A stretch of 64,000 nt of DNA, from NCBI GenBank assembly GCA_035570415.1, contig DATMLP010000009.1, forward strand, positions 10,644 to 74,643. The letters run 5' to 3'. Shown here piece by piece: positions 25,621-33,978 of this stretch. The translations under genes were made by a program, and so were the position numbers. The stretch is from Solirubrobacteraceae bacterium (GTDB taxonomy: Bacteria; Actinomycetota; Thermoleophilia; Solirubrobacterales; Solirubrobacteraceae). The notes under the pieces are model-generated. The model ran no database searches, was not told the origin of the DNA, and saw only the letters and a list, made by a program, of their open reading frames with translations. The first letter of the stretch is position 1. Every line of letters begins with the position of its first letter.

Positions 25621-27615
25621 TTAAAGCTCCCGGTGCGTCGCTTTCACCACGTGGGATCCGGAGGCGATCAGCTCGTCGTCCTCCAGCGGCAGGTGGCCGC
25701 CGAGCGGCTTGGCGGCCTGCTCGCCGGTGGCGAGGTCGGTCTCGTACAGCCGCAGGATCTTGACGAACTCGACGCCCTCGATCGCGTGCACCACGCCAAA
25801 CAGCTCGCCCTGGTTGAGCGCGCGCCCGAACGGCCAGCCCTCGCCGGGGCCGTGCGGGGAGCCGCCGATCAACGGGTTGAGGTAGGTGTAGAGCGCATGC
25901 TCCACGTCCTGCTCCACGCGCTCGGGGTCGGCGAGCGGAGAGACCTGCAGGTTGACGACCACCGACACCGCTTTGAAGCGCACCGGCAGCAGGTGCACCG
26001 CGGTCCCGATCAGACGGCGCTCGTCGAGGTAGGCGGCGATCTCGCTCAGCAGCTCCTCGCCGGGCGTCAGCTCCTCGAGCGTCAGCCGCCGGTCGGCGGG
26101 ATCCACGCGGGGGAGCACGTGCACGCAGATCGGGCCCTCGCCGGAGGGCGGCACACAGATCGCGCGCGCCGCCTGGGGGGACGCGTGCACCGCGAGCAGC
26201 TCGAAGTCCTCGGCGGTCACGGCGCGATCGCGGGAGCGGATCTCAAGCGCCGCCCGCTCGCGCGCCGAGGCCAGCGACTCGGCGTCCACCCCGCCGAGCG
26301 CGGGGCGCGGGTTGGTGACCGAGGCGACGGACGGGATCGCGGTCTTGAGCACCGTGAGGGTGTCGGCGGCGACGTTGCCGGCGCGCCCGCCTCCATGGCG
26401 GTAGCGGCTGAAGCGCAGCGCCGCGCCGTTGGGAGGGATCGCACCGTACTGGCGCCAGCCGCCGTTGGGCTGGCGCACGGCGGGACCGAGCGCCACCTCC
26501 CCGTTGGCCGCGTCGAGCACCGCGTGGCGGTCGTGCGGGCCGCTGGCGGCGAAACTCTCGCGCATCTCCCACGCGCGCCACGTCTCGGCTCCGGGCTCGC
26601 GCACCTCGAGCGTCTCGCCGGCGGCGGGGCTCAGCACGGGGCGGTTGCGCAGGCGCAGGACGGCGCCCGGGGTGCCGTCGGCGACACCGAGCGACTCGTG
26701 GCGCTCGCTGGCGGCGTGCGCCGCCGGCAGCACAGCTCCCACGGGGGCCGCCGTGATCTCGTAAACCTCGGGGGCGTGCGAGTAGGTCACGCCGACCGCG
26801 CCCGAGCGGGTGCGGTCATGCAGGCGGCAGCGCAGCCAGTGCATGCGGTGCCCGGCGATCGCGTGGATCGCCGAGTGGCGGGGCAGCTCCAGCGTGATCG
26901 TGCCGGCGCCGAAGTTGAAGCCGCCGGTCAGATCCTCCAGCACCGTCGCCTCGCTCCAGGAGCCGTCGGCGCCCGACACCTCCCAGCGCAGCGGCGGATC
27001 CTCGGGGTCCACGCCGGCGCCGCGCGCGTGCGAGCCGTCGAACTCGACCTGCATCACCAGCCGCCCGATCGGGTGGGCAAAACCGAGCAACAATGCGTCG
27101 CCGACCTGTGGCGGGGAGGCGAACGGCGCGCGGTCGGCGCCGGTCGGCTTGGCGCGGCCGCGGGCCACGCCGACGTCCTTGACCGCCCCGGCGCGCTGCA
27201 CCGCGTAGGCGGCGGGCCGCTGCGGCTCGATCGCCAGACCCTCCGTGACCTGGAAGACGATCGCGGGCTCGTCGGTGGTGCGTACCGTGCCGACCTCGGT
27301 TTCCACGGCCGGGATCTCGACGGTCTCCTCGACGGGACCGGCGAGCATGAAGCGGACCTCGGTCGCGGCGGCGGCGGGCGGGGCGAGCTGCACGCCGAGC
27401 AGCTCCAGCAGCGCCACGTGCAGCTTGTCGGGAATGCGGTTGACGCGGTACAGCAGCGTGTCGGTCATCCACGCAAACAGCTCGATCAGCGTGATGCCGG
27501 GGTCGGAGACGTTGTGCTCGGTCCACTCCGGGCAAGCGAGCGCGATCCGCGTGCGGGCCTCGGAGACGAGATCCTGAAAGCCGCGGTCGTCGAGCGTGAT
27601 CTCGGGCAGGCTCAT
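25621..27615 (-). CDS. CIS baseplate protein, Baseplate J / gp6-like
   Basis: MSLPEITLDDRGFQDLVSEARTRIALACPEWTEHNVSDPGITLIELFAWMTDTLLYRVNRIPDK is the characteristic N-terminus of eCIS/phage baseplate-J assembly proteins. 664 aa. ATGA overlap with gp25-like. Confidence 0.85.
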   Translation of the reverse strand: MSLPEITLDDRGFQDLVSEARTRIALACPEWTEHNVSDPGITLIELFAWMTDTLLYRVNRIPDKLHVALLELLGVQLAPPAAAATEVRFMLAGPVEETVEIPAVETEVGTVRTTDEPAIVFQVTEGLAIEPQRPAAYAVQRAGAVKDVGVARGRAKPTGADRAPFASPPQVGDALLLGFAHPIGRLVMQVEFDGSHARGAGVDPEDPPLRWEVSGADGSWSEATVLEDLTGGFNFGAGTITLELPRHSAIHAIAGHRMHWLRCRLHDRTRSGAVGVTYSHAPEVYEITAAPVGAVLPAAHAASERHESLGVADGTPGAVLRLRNRPVLSPAAGETLEVREPGAETWRAWEMRESFAASGPHDRHAVLDAANGEVALGPAVRQPNGGWRQYGAIPPNGAALRFSRYRHGGGRAGNVAADTLTVLKTAIPSVASVTNPRPALGGVDAESLASARERAALEIRSRDRAVTAEDFELLAVHASPQAARAICVPPSGEGPICVHVLPRVDPADRRLTLEELTPGEELLSEIAAYLDERRLIGTAVHLLPVRFKAVSVVVNLQVSPLADPERVEQDVEHALYTYLNPLIGGSPHGPGEGWPFGRALNQGELFGVVHAIEGVEFVKILRLYETDLATGEQAAKPLGGHLPLEDDELIASGSHVVKATHREL

Positions 27616-28031
27616 CGCTGTGGCTCCGGGGGCGCGAGCTCCTCCGCGGGGATCACGTAGAAAGGGTAGACCAGGTTGCGCACGTCGTTGGCCGCCACCA
27701 CACGGTAGGCGATGTCGATCACCAGTTCCCCGCGGGCGGCGCGCGAGGTGTCGAAACCGACGCCGATCACCTCGATGCGCGGCTCCCAGCGCTTGAGCGC
27801 CACGCGCACCTCGTGCTCGATCCGGCCCATCGCGTAGGAGTCGACCCGCTCGAACACGTAGTCGTGCACGCCGCAGCCAAACTCCGGTCGCATCGGCCGT
27901 TCCCCCGGCGCGGTGGCGAGGATCAGCGCGATCGCCTGCTCGACGTCGGTCTCCTCGTGCGCCAGCGCGATGCCGCCGCGCCGGTCGACCTGCAGTGGAA
28001 AGGCCAGCCCGGCGCCCAGGAAGTCGCTCAT
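27612..28031 (-). CDS. CIS baseplate wedge protein, gp25/GPW-like
   Basis: 139 aa: FLGAGLAFPLQVDRRGGIALAHEETDVEQAIALILATAPGERPMRPEFGCGVHDYVF is the gp25-lysozyme-like pattern. This is only the last 139 codons of track ORF 27612..29099. The ATG at 28031 overlaps the VgrG stop (ATGA). Confidence 0.85.
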   Translation of the reverse strand: MSDFLGAGLAFPLQVDRRGGIALAHEETDVEQAIALILATAPGERPMRPEFGCGVHDYVFERVDSYAMGRIEHEVRVALKRWEPRIEVIGVGFDTSRAARGELVIDIAYRVVAANDVRNLVYPFYVIPAEELAPPEPQR

Positions 28032-29701
28032 CCCAGCATCACCTGCGCGCCTGAGATCTGCACCACGCCATCGGCTTCGATCGTGATCGCCGGCGCCTTG
28101 ATCGTGACGGCGGCCTGCGATTCGACGGTCACCGAGGCGCCGCCCTTGACCGTCACCGAACCCTGCGCTTCCAGCGAGCGTTCGCCCTGCACTTCCTCGG
28201 TCAACCCCTGCTGCGCGGTGACCTTCATGTCGGCTTCGGAGATCAGTTGGAGCGTCTTTCCGCTTTCGATTGTCACGCCCTCGGCGGCCTTGACGGACAC
28301 CGCCTTGTCGGAGCCGAGCGCGAACGAGCCGTCGGTTTGCGAGAGTTCCTTCGGCTTCGATTGGCCGTTGAACAGCGAGCCGAGCACGAACGGCCGGCGC
28401 ACGTCGCCGTGCTCGAAAGCCAGCAACACCTCGTCGCCGACGATCGGCATCATCATCACGCCGCGGCCTTCGCCGGCGGAGATCGAGACGACGCGCGCCC
28501 ACCACCCCTCCGTGTCTTCCCCGAGCGCCGGGTACTTCACGCGCACCCGCCCCAGCCCTTCGGGGTCTTCGTTCTGGGTGACCACGCCGACTACCACCGA
28601 ATCCCCCCACGAGCGCTTGGCGGCCGGGGTCATCAGGTCGACGAGGCTGCGCGGCGAGCGCCCCGTCACCGAGAAGTGCGTTTCGTAGCCCTTCGCGCCG
28701 CGAAACACGTGCGTCACCGCGGACAGCGAGTAGGTGCCCGAGAAGCGAACGCCTACCTTTTCGATCTTCACTTTGGAGCCGGCGCGGATGCGCGGGTCGC
28801 CGTGGCAGGAGCCGTCGGCCTCGACGAACGCGTTGCCGAGGTGCGCGGCGACGCTGCTGGCCAGGGCATCCGCCTCGGCCTGCGTCATCACCGGCCGGTC
28901 GGCGACCGTCATCGTGCCACCGCCCAGCGATTCCACGACACCGTCGCGTTCGATCCCCATCGTGGAGCTCGGCGAGTCGGCGGTGGCGGTGGATTCGATC
29001 ACCTGCTTGGTCGAGGGGTCCCAGCCGCGCACGAGCACTTCGTGCATCTGCTGCACTCCCGTCACGCGCGGGCGGAAGGAGACCAGCTGCGCGCCCCACG
29101 CGAGCGTCACCGGTTCAGCATCGGCCATACCGCCGGCTTCGCGGAAGTGCATTTCTTTGTCCACCACCACCACCTCGAAGTCGATCGCGCCCGCGAGCCG
29201 CCACAGGAACTCCCAGTCGGACTCGTTGCTCTGCTGGATGAAGTCGTGGGGCGCGCCGGCCGCTTCGATCGTCCCGGGCTGCAGGCCCGAGCGCGCGGCG
29301 ACCTTGCGGGCGATGTCGTCGGCGGTGGCGTTCTGGTAGGTCTGCGTGCGCTTGGTGCGGTGCATCGCGTGGGAGTTGTCGTAGCCGCGCAGCGCCACAT
29401 AGGCGCCGCCGGCGGAAAACTCCGGTTCCAGGGCCGTGACCTGGCCCTTGAAAACCGGCTGCAGGGAGCCTTCGTGTGCGGAGGCCAGCAGGATTTCGAC
29501 TTCGGCGCCGATTTCGTACACGGCGGAGTCGACCTGTTTCATGTCGGGGTCGGAGATGCGCATCAAAAAGGTGTCGGGGAGCATCAGGTTCTCCTGGATG
29601 CGCACCTCGATCAGCTTCTGCAGCACCGTCGGTGCGAGCGCTTGCCCGCCGAGACGCACTTCGATGCCGGCGACGACGCCTTTGGTCGCGGCGGGGCTCA
29701 T
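28028..29701 (-). CDS. CIS spike/hub protein, VgrG / phage late control D-like
   Basis: 557 aa from the ATG at 29701 (ATGA overlap with the LysM gene). gpD/gp27-like N-terminal region, then an OB-like segment (GVVTQNEDPEGLGRVRVKYPALGE...WARVV). A C-terminal beta-helix repeat follows (VSVKAAEGVTIESGKTLQLISEADMKVTAQQ...VTVKGGASVTVESQAAVTIKAPAITIEADG). Confidence 0.85.
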   Translation of the reverse strand: MSPAATKGVVAGIEVRLGGQALAPTVLQKLIEVRIQENLMLPDTFLMRISDPDMKQVDSAVYEIGAEVEILLASAHEGSLQPVFKGQVTALEPEFSAGGAYVALRGYDNSHAMHRTKRTQTYQNATADDIARKVAARSGLQPGTIEAAGAPHDFIQQSNESDWEFLWRLAGAIDFEVVVVDKEMHFREAGGMADAEPVTLAWGAQLVSFRPRVTGVQQMHEVLVRGWDPSTKQVIESTATADSPSSTMGIERDGVVESLGGGTMTVADRPVMTQAEADALASSVAAHLGNAFVEADGSCHGDPRIRAGSKVKIEKVGVRFSGTYSLSAVTHVFRGAKGYETHFSVTGRSPRSLVDLMTPAAKRSWGDSVVVGVVTQNEDPEGLGRVRVKYPALGEDTEGWWARVVSISAGEGRGVMMMPIVGDEVLLAFEHGDVRRPFVLGSLFNGQSKPKELSQTDGSFALGSDKAVSVKAAEGVTIESGKTLQLISEADMKVTAQQGLTEEVQGERSLEAQGSVTVKGGASVTVESQAAVTIKAPAITIEADGVVQISGAQVMLG

Positions 29702-30387
29702 CGCTGCAGGCGCGGGATCGACAAACGCGCGCCGCGGCGCAGTCGCATGGGGTCGTCGATGCCGTTGGCCTGCGCGATCGCCCGCCACGCGGTCGGGTCG
29801 CCGTAGGCGTCGTAGGCGAGCGACTGCAGCGTGTCCCCGTCGCGCACCGTGCGCGACCCCAGTTCGGCGCGGGCGCGCGTCGTGGGGTTCTGGGGGGGCG
29901 GCACTTCGACGCCCGAGCTGCTGTCGGCGGCTTCCACCTGCACGAGCGACAGCTTGACTTTCGCGCGGATCGGCGTGCCGTCGGGCGCGAAGCGCACGTA
30001 CTGCACCGAGAGGCTCTTCAGGGCCGCTTCGAAGGAGAGCGTGGCACCCCAGGAGAAGGTCAGCTTCGGCGGGCTCGCGGTGGGGTTGCCTTTCCCCGTC
30101 TGCGGCGCGGTCGCGGGGTTGGCTTCCATCGCCAGGAACAGGCGGTTGACTTCCGGTTCGACTTCGTAGGTGCCTTCGAGGTCGTCGAGCAGGATTTCAA
30201 ACGACAGTTCCCGTGGCGACCCGCCGCCGTACTGCACGGGCGGCAGGCTCACGCCCGCGGCCTGCTTGGCGTTCCAGGAGGAGCTCTTGGTGATCGTGTA
30301 TTCCTTGGGGTTGAACAGGCACACCAATGGTTCGGATTCCCCTTCGATCAGGATCTGTGCCTGCTGGAGGTTTTCGACTTCAGCCAT
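29698..30387 (-). CDS. CIS tube-initiator protein with C-terminal LysM (Afp7-like)
   Basis: N-terminal tube-like domain (LVCLFNPKEYTITKSSSW...LSFEILLD). C-terminal LysM (VRDGDTLQSLAYDAYGDPTAWRAIAQANGIDDPMRLRRGARLSIP). Located between the second tube gene and VgrG. Confidence 0.8.
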   Translation of the reverse strand: MAEVENLQQAQILIEGESEPLVCLFNPKEYTITKSSSWNAKQAAGVSLPPVQYGGGSPRELSFEILLDDLEGTYEVEPEVNRLFLAMEANPATAPQTGKGNPTASPPKLTFSWGATLSFEAALKSLSVQYVRFAPDGTPIRAKVKLSLVQVEAADSSSGVEVPPPQNPTTRARAELGSRTVRDGDTLQSLAYDAYGDPTAWRAIAQANGIDDPMRLRRGARLSIPRLQR

Positions 30388-30417
30388 CGGTGGCCATCCT
30401 GTCAGTCGGTTGGTGGG

Positions 30418-31002
30418 TCACTGCACCGCTCCGCTCATGTTGGGGTCCATGCCGGCGTGGCCGAGCTCGAGCGCCTCGGTGGCGGTCTTGTTGGAGGCGG
30501 CGTTCAACGTGGGGCCCTGCCACTTCAGCGGGAAGGCTCCGTTGAACACCCACTGCTGGATCGGCTGCAGGTTGGGCCCGAACAGGGTGATCGTCAGGTC
30601 CGGGCGTTCTTCAGGCGCCTGCGCTTCGAAAAACCATGCGATCAGCGCGTCTTCGGTGGTGATGCCGCGCTTGAGCACGATGTTCGGGTACTTGATGGCG
30701 CCGCGCAGCTTGATCGGCGAGGGCGCACCCCCGGGCAGGTATTCCATCACTTCGTGTTCGGCCTGCAGCCCGGTGCATTCGCTGAACCACCCGATTTCCA
30801 CGCCGGCGATTTCCACCAGAAAGCGCAGCTCGCCGACGGGATCGGGGCGGGTTCCGGATCCCCCGACACCGCCCGTCCCACCGCCGCTTTCTTCTTCGCC
30901 GCCGATCGAGATTTCGACGCTGGGCAGAGCGACTTCGGGCAGAGCGACTTCGAGTTCCATGGAGGGAGTCATCGTAGGTGCCGTCTCGCTTTCATCTCGC
31001 AT
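30418..31002 (-). CDS. CIS inner tube protein 2 (T4 gp19-like) with an acidic/Gly-rich N-terminal extension
   Basis: Core LRFLVEIAGVEIGWFSECTGLQAEHEVMEYLPGG...IKYPNIVLKRGITTEDALIAWF is the gp19/tube signature. A ~55-aa extension precedes it and contains a perfect in-frame 15-bp tandem duplication. Start is ambiguous (31002, 30972 or 30960). Confidence 0.8.
   Translation of the reverse strand: MRDESETAPTMTPSMELEVALPEVALPSVEISIGGEEESGGGTGGVGGSGTRPDPVGELRFLVEIAGVEIGWFSECTGLQAEHEVMEYLPGGAPSPIKLRGAIKYPNIVLKRGITTEDALIAWFFEAQAPEERPDLTITLFGPNLQPIQQWVFNGAFPLKWQGPTLNAASNKTATEALELGHAGMDPNMSGAVQ
30922..30951 (-). repeat. Perfect 15-bp tandem duplication (gggcagagcgacttc x2) inside the tube-2 N-terminal extension
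   Basis: Read directly: 30922-30936 and 30937-30951 are identical. The duplication is in frame and encodes EVALP-EVALP. Confidence 0.9.
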
Positions 31003-31030
31003 CTGGGCAATTCATCTCGCCGGCGGTCCA

Positions 31031-33424
31031 TCACGGAAGGTCTCCCAGCAGATCCCCCATCCGCTCGCGCTCGCTGAGCAAATCGCGGCGCAGGCGCTCG
31101 ATCACGTGCTCGTAGAGGTCGTCGGCCTGCGGCGAGGCGCCGGCGTGCGAGGCCGAAGCGCCGCCGCTGGAGGCGCCTCCACCTTCGCCTTCGGGGCTCC
31201 CTCCCGGCTGCGCGGCCGCGCCGGGCGCCGGGGCAGTCGCGGGGCTCGGCGCTTCGCCGGGCGCACCCGCGGGGCTCGGCCCTCCGGCGGCGGCCCGCGC
31301 GAGGACACCCTCGGAGCCGAGCGGGCCGGGAGCGGATCCGCCCGCGGAGCCGACGGGGAACTCGATCGTCTCCACGCCGCCGGTCGCATCGCGGTGCAGC
31401 GCCGCCCCGGTCGCGTCAGCCAGCCGTGCGCCGCTTGTCGAAGCGCCCGGCCGAGGCTGGGATCCCACCGGTGGAAGATCGGAGGGGCCGCCGCGCAACG
31501 CGGCGGTCGGGGAGGCGGCCTGCGCGAAGCGCGAGGAGGAGGCTCGCGCGGCACTACGTTGCAAACGCACGGACGGACGGGCGGAGGAAGCTCGCGCCAC
31601 GACGGGAGCCGCCGCGGAGACCGTAGGGGTGGGAGTCTCGGGACCGCCGAGCGCGATCGGCGCAAGCGAGCTCTGGGAGGTCCAACCACCCGGGTTGGGC
31701 GCCATGAAGTCCAATGGCGCAACGTGGGGGGCGGCGGGCACCCGCGAGGGCGCCGACCCGGCCGGCGCGCGATGGATGGTTGTGGGCGCCACCACGGCCG
31801 TCTCCGCCGAGGGACGCACGACCGGGCCCTGGCGGCCCGTGGGCTGCGATGCACCGCCCTTGGAGGGCGCCGGCTGGAGATCACGGCCGGTGCGCAGCCG
31901 TGCCAAGGCGCGCCGCAGCCCGCTCGGCTCGGCAGACGGGGTCACCTGCGCGCGGTCGCCGACCACGGGTGTTCCCGATTCGACGCCGCGCGCCGTTGAG
32001 GCGCCGGGCGGCGGGACCGCGGCGGCGCCCGGTGAGACCGCCTCGATGGAGGCGTCGTCACGACCCTCGAAAGCACTCGGGGGGTCTTCGAGGTCGGGCT
32101 GGCTCGCGCCCGGGGCGGCAGACGCCCCGGAGGACGGCGTGGGCGCAGGCGTTCCCCCGCCCTCGCCGGGCGCAGATGCCCACTCGGCGTCGTCGGGCGC
32201 GAACCTCGACGACGCCCCCTCCGGGGCCTCGGCAGGGCGGGACGAGACGCTGTCGCGGGAACTCGCCCGCGACTCGGCGCTCTCCGGAGCGCTCCTCCCT
32301 CCCACGTCACCCTCATCCGTCCCGGCGCGGGGCGGCGCGGGTGACGGCGCCGAAGCAGGCGTTCGCGCAAGGGCGCTCGCCACCGCACGCCCCGCACCGG
32401 CCGGCGGCGGTCCGAGATGGTGCTCGGAGACACGGGAATCAGGTGTGCCCTCAGCCGGTTCCCCTGACCGCTCCGCGCGCCCGGCCGATCGACGATCGCC
32501 CAGCAGGCGGTCGGCGATTCGCCCCAGCAGCGTGCGGGGGGCGCGAGCCGCGATCGGGCCTGTGGCATCGGCGGCAGCCCGCTCCGCGAGCGGTGGCCGC
32601 GCGACGCGCCGAAGGGCGACCGGAGCGCGTGCCGCAGCCGGGGCGGGCGAGGGCGCCCGCGGCACCGGCCGTACCGCGACGGGTGCAGGCACCGGGGACG
32701 GCGCCGACGCCTCGGCGGGAGACGGCGGCGGCGTCTCGACGGGCGCAGATGGCGTCGCAGCCGGCGCGGGCCGAGACTCGGAGGCCTGCGCGCCATCGGA
32801 GGCCGGCGAGGTCTGCGACGGAGAGCGGGCCACGGAGGCCGGCGCGGGCGTGGCGGTTGGGATCTCGGTGGTCGGGGGCGAAGCCGGCTCTGCGTCCGCG
32901 GCACGCGCGAGGGGCGGCGTGGACGAGAGGCGCAGCGGACGCTCCTCGTGCACACGGCCGCGGGGAGCCGGCGTCCGGCTGGCCGAGCGCGCCGCGCGCG
33001 CCGCGGCGGCGCTCCCGGCGGTGGCGCCGCGATCGGTCGGAGATCGGCCAGCGAGAAACGCCGGCGGCCCCGAAACCGCCTCGGCCGGGACCGCGGCACC
33101 GCCGGCGAAGGGGATGCCCTCGGCGGGACCGTCGCCGAACAGCCACCTGGCCGCGAATTCGCTCATCCCGTCCGGGCGCGCGCCGGGGGTCTCTTCGGCG
33201 GCGCGCGCAAGCGGAGCACGGGCGGCGCCCACGCTCGCCGCGACACGACGCTCGCCATCCCCGCGAACGGGCAGCAGGCGGGGCAATGCCGCGGCCGGAA
33301 TCGCCCGGCGGCGCTCGAGCACCGACGCGGCCAGGCGCGATCCCCCGCGACGGTCGAGCCGCTGCGCGCGCGCCAGCAAACGACCGGCGATCGACGCTCG
33401 CCGCCGGGGCGTGGACTCAGCCAT
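31031..33424 (-). CDS. Tape-measure-position protein, Ala/Pro/Ser-rich and low complexity
   Basis: ~797 aa from the ATG at 33424 (ATGGCTGA overlap with the upstream small ORF; the track start is 33442). It sits in the P2 gpT position between the chaperone pair and the distal tube/hub genes. Recurrent short motifs VALRRV, TIHRAP, VRLQRSA, ALHRDA. It ends in an ordered helix-like tail DDLYEHVIERLRRDLLSERERMGDLLGDLP. The codon third position is GC-rich in this frame. Confidence 0.6.
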   Translation of the reverse strand: MAESTPRRRASIAGRLLARAQRLDRRGGSRLAASVLERRRAIPAAALPRLLPVRGDGERRVAASVGAARAPLARAAEETPGARPDGMSEFAARWLFGDGPAEGIPFAGGAAVPAEAVSGPPAFLAGRSPTDRGATAGSAAAARAARSASRTPAPRGRVHEERPLRLSSTPPLARAADAEPASPPTTEIPTATPAPASVARSPSQTSPASDGAQASESRPAPAATPSAPVETPPPSPAEASAPSPVPAPVAVRPVPRAPSPAPAAARAPVALRRVARPPLAERAAADATGPIAARAPRTLLGRIADRLLGDRRSAGRAERSGEPAEGTPDSRVSEHHLGPPPAGAGRAVASALARTPASAPSPAPPRAGTDEGDVGGRSAPESAESRASSRDSVSSRPAEAPEGASSRFAPDDAEWASAPGEGGGTPAPTPSSGASAAPGASQPDLEDPPSAFEGRDDASIEAVSPGAAAVPPPGASTARGVESGTPVVGDRAQVTPSAEPSGLRRALARLRTGRDLQPAPSKGGASQPTGRQGPVVRPSAETAVVAPTTIHRAPAGSAPSRVPAAPHVAPLDFMAPNPGGWTSQSSLAPIALGGPETPTPTVSAAAPVVARASSARPSVRLQRSAARASSSRFAQAASPTAALRGGPSDLPPVGSQPRPGASTSGARLADATGAALHRDATGGVETIEFPVGSAGGSAPGPLGSEGVLARAAAGGPSPAGAPGEAPSPATAPAPGAAAQPGGSPEGEGGGASSGGASASHAGASPQADDLYEHVIERLRRDLLSERERMGDLLGDLP

Positions 33425-33542
33425 CAACGGTCTCCCCCACACCCAGCCGCCGTGCCTCGGCCAGGAAGCGGCGACGGTCGGCGTGCTCGAGATCCAGCAG
33501 TGCGTCGAGCGACCAGTGGAAGCGACCCGCGAGGCTGGCCAT
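33417..33542 (-). CDS. Small conserved ORF (HWSLD..LDLEH..RRRF motif). Either standalone or the -1 frameshift extension of the upstream chaperone
   Basis: MASLAGRFHWSLDALLDLEHADRRRFLAEARRLGVGETVDG (41 aa). This is the C-terminal part of track ORF 33417..34001, whose upstream part overlaps the chaperone out of frame. Its only in-frame start, the ATG at 33542, has GGAG directly abutting it, which is poor spacing. Confidence 0.5.
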   Translation of the reverse strand: MASLAGRFHWSLDALLDLEHADRRRFLAEARRLGVGETVDG

Positions 33543-33574
33543 CTCCGCGAACAGCTCGCGCGGAGATGGCCGCG

Positions 33575-33949
33575 CTATTCCCCCAGGCTTCGGTCCTCGA
33601 TCTCTGAGAGGTCGACCTCGAAGGAGTGCCCGCAATCCGGGCAGGAAAGCACTCCGACGGCCTCGCTGTCGGTGTTCAACCGCTCGTAGAGTCGCTGCAG
33701 GTGATCGAAGTCGGCCGCGAACAGGCTCTCGATCAGCGGCGCGTCGACCTCCCGCACGGTGCCGATTCGCGTCACCACGCGCGCCAGCAGCAGCACCGAG
33801 AGGTAGGCCTCGTTCTGGCGCACCGCCGGATCGCGCAGCGGCTCGATCTCGTCGCGGGCGGTGGCGAGCCGCATCGTGCCCTCGCGATGCACCGTGCCGG
33901 CACTGTCGAGGAAGCCCCGCGGGAGGGTGAACGCGACCTCCGTCCTCAT
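33575..33949 (-). CDS. Tail assembly chaperone-like protein (P2 gpE-like position) with C-terminal CxxC
   Basis: 124 aa. FTLPRGFLDSAGTVHREGTMRLATARDEIEPLRDP...LLLARVVTRIG resembles phage tail assembly chaperone families. C-terminal LSCPDCGHSF. It lies between the tube and tape-measure-position genes. Confidence 0.6.
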   Translation of the reverse strand: MRTEVAFTLPRGFLDSAGTVHREGTMRLATARDEIEPLRDPAVRQNEAYLSVLLLARVVTRIGTVREVDAPLIESLFAADFDHLQRLYERLNTDSEAVGVLSCPDCGHSFEVDLSEIEDRSLGE

Positions 33950-33978
33950 CGCTCACCGTCTCCACGCCAGCGCTGCAT

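Noticed and set aside
25573-27660. 695-aa plus-strand ORF antisense to baseplate J
   Set aside because: No recognisable motifs and Arg/Gly/His-rich. The minus frame carries the unmistakable baseplate-J N-terminus.
27612-29788. Search for a PAAR-repeat spike-tip gene next to VgrG
   Set aside because: VgrG and gp25-like overlap by ATGA, leaving no room. No small ORF with PAAR-type motifs was seen anywhere in 17135-45915. I report it as absent rather than annotating one.
27612-29806. Long versions of ORF 27612..29099 (-) and ORF 28247..29806 (+)
   Set aside because: Only the last 139 codons of the minus ORF (gp25-like) look real. The rest overlaps VgrG out of frame. The plus ORF is antisense to VgrG.
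31629-33930. 686-aa and 738-aa plus-strand ORFs antisense to the tape-measure-position gene
   Set aside because: Arg/Pro/Ala-rich antisense shadows typical of high-GC DNA. They break the otherwise perfect minus-strand operon and have no coupling to neighbours. The minus frame ends in a distinctive ordered C-terminus and is coupled to the upstream ORF. Because all three frames are low complexity, this rejection should be confirmed with codon statistics.
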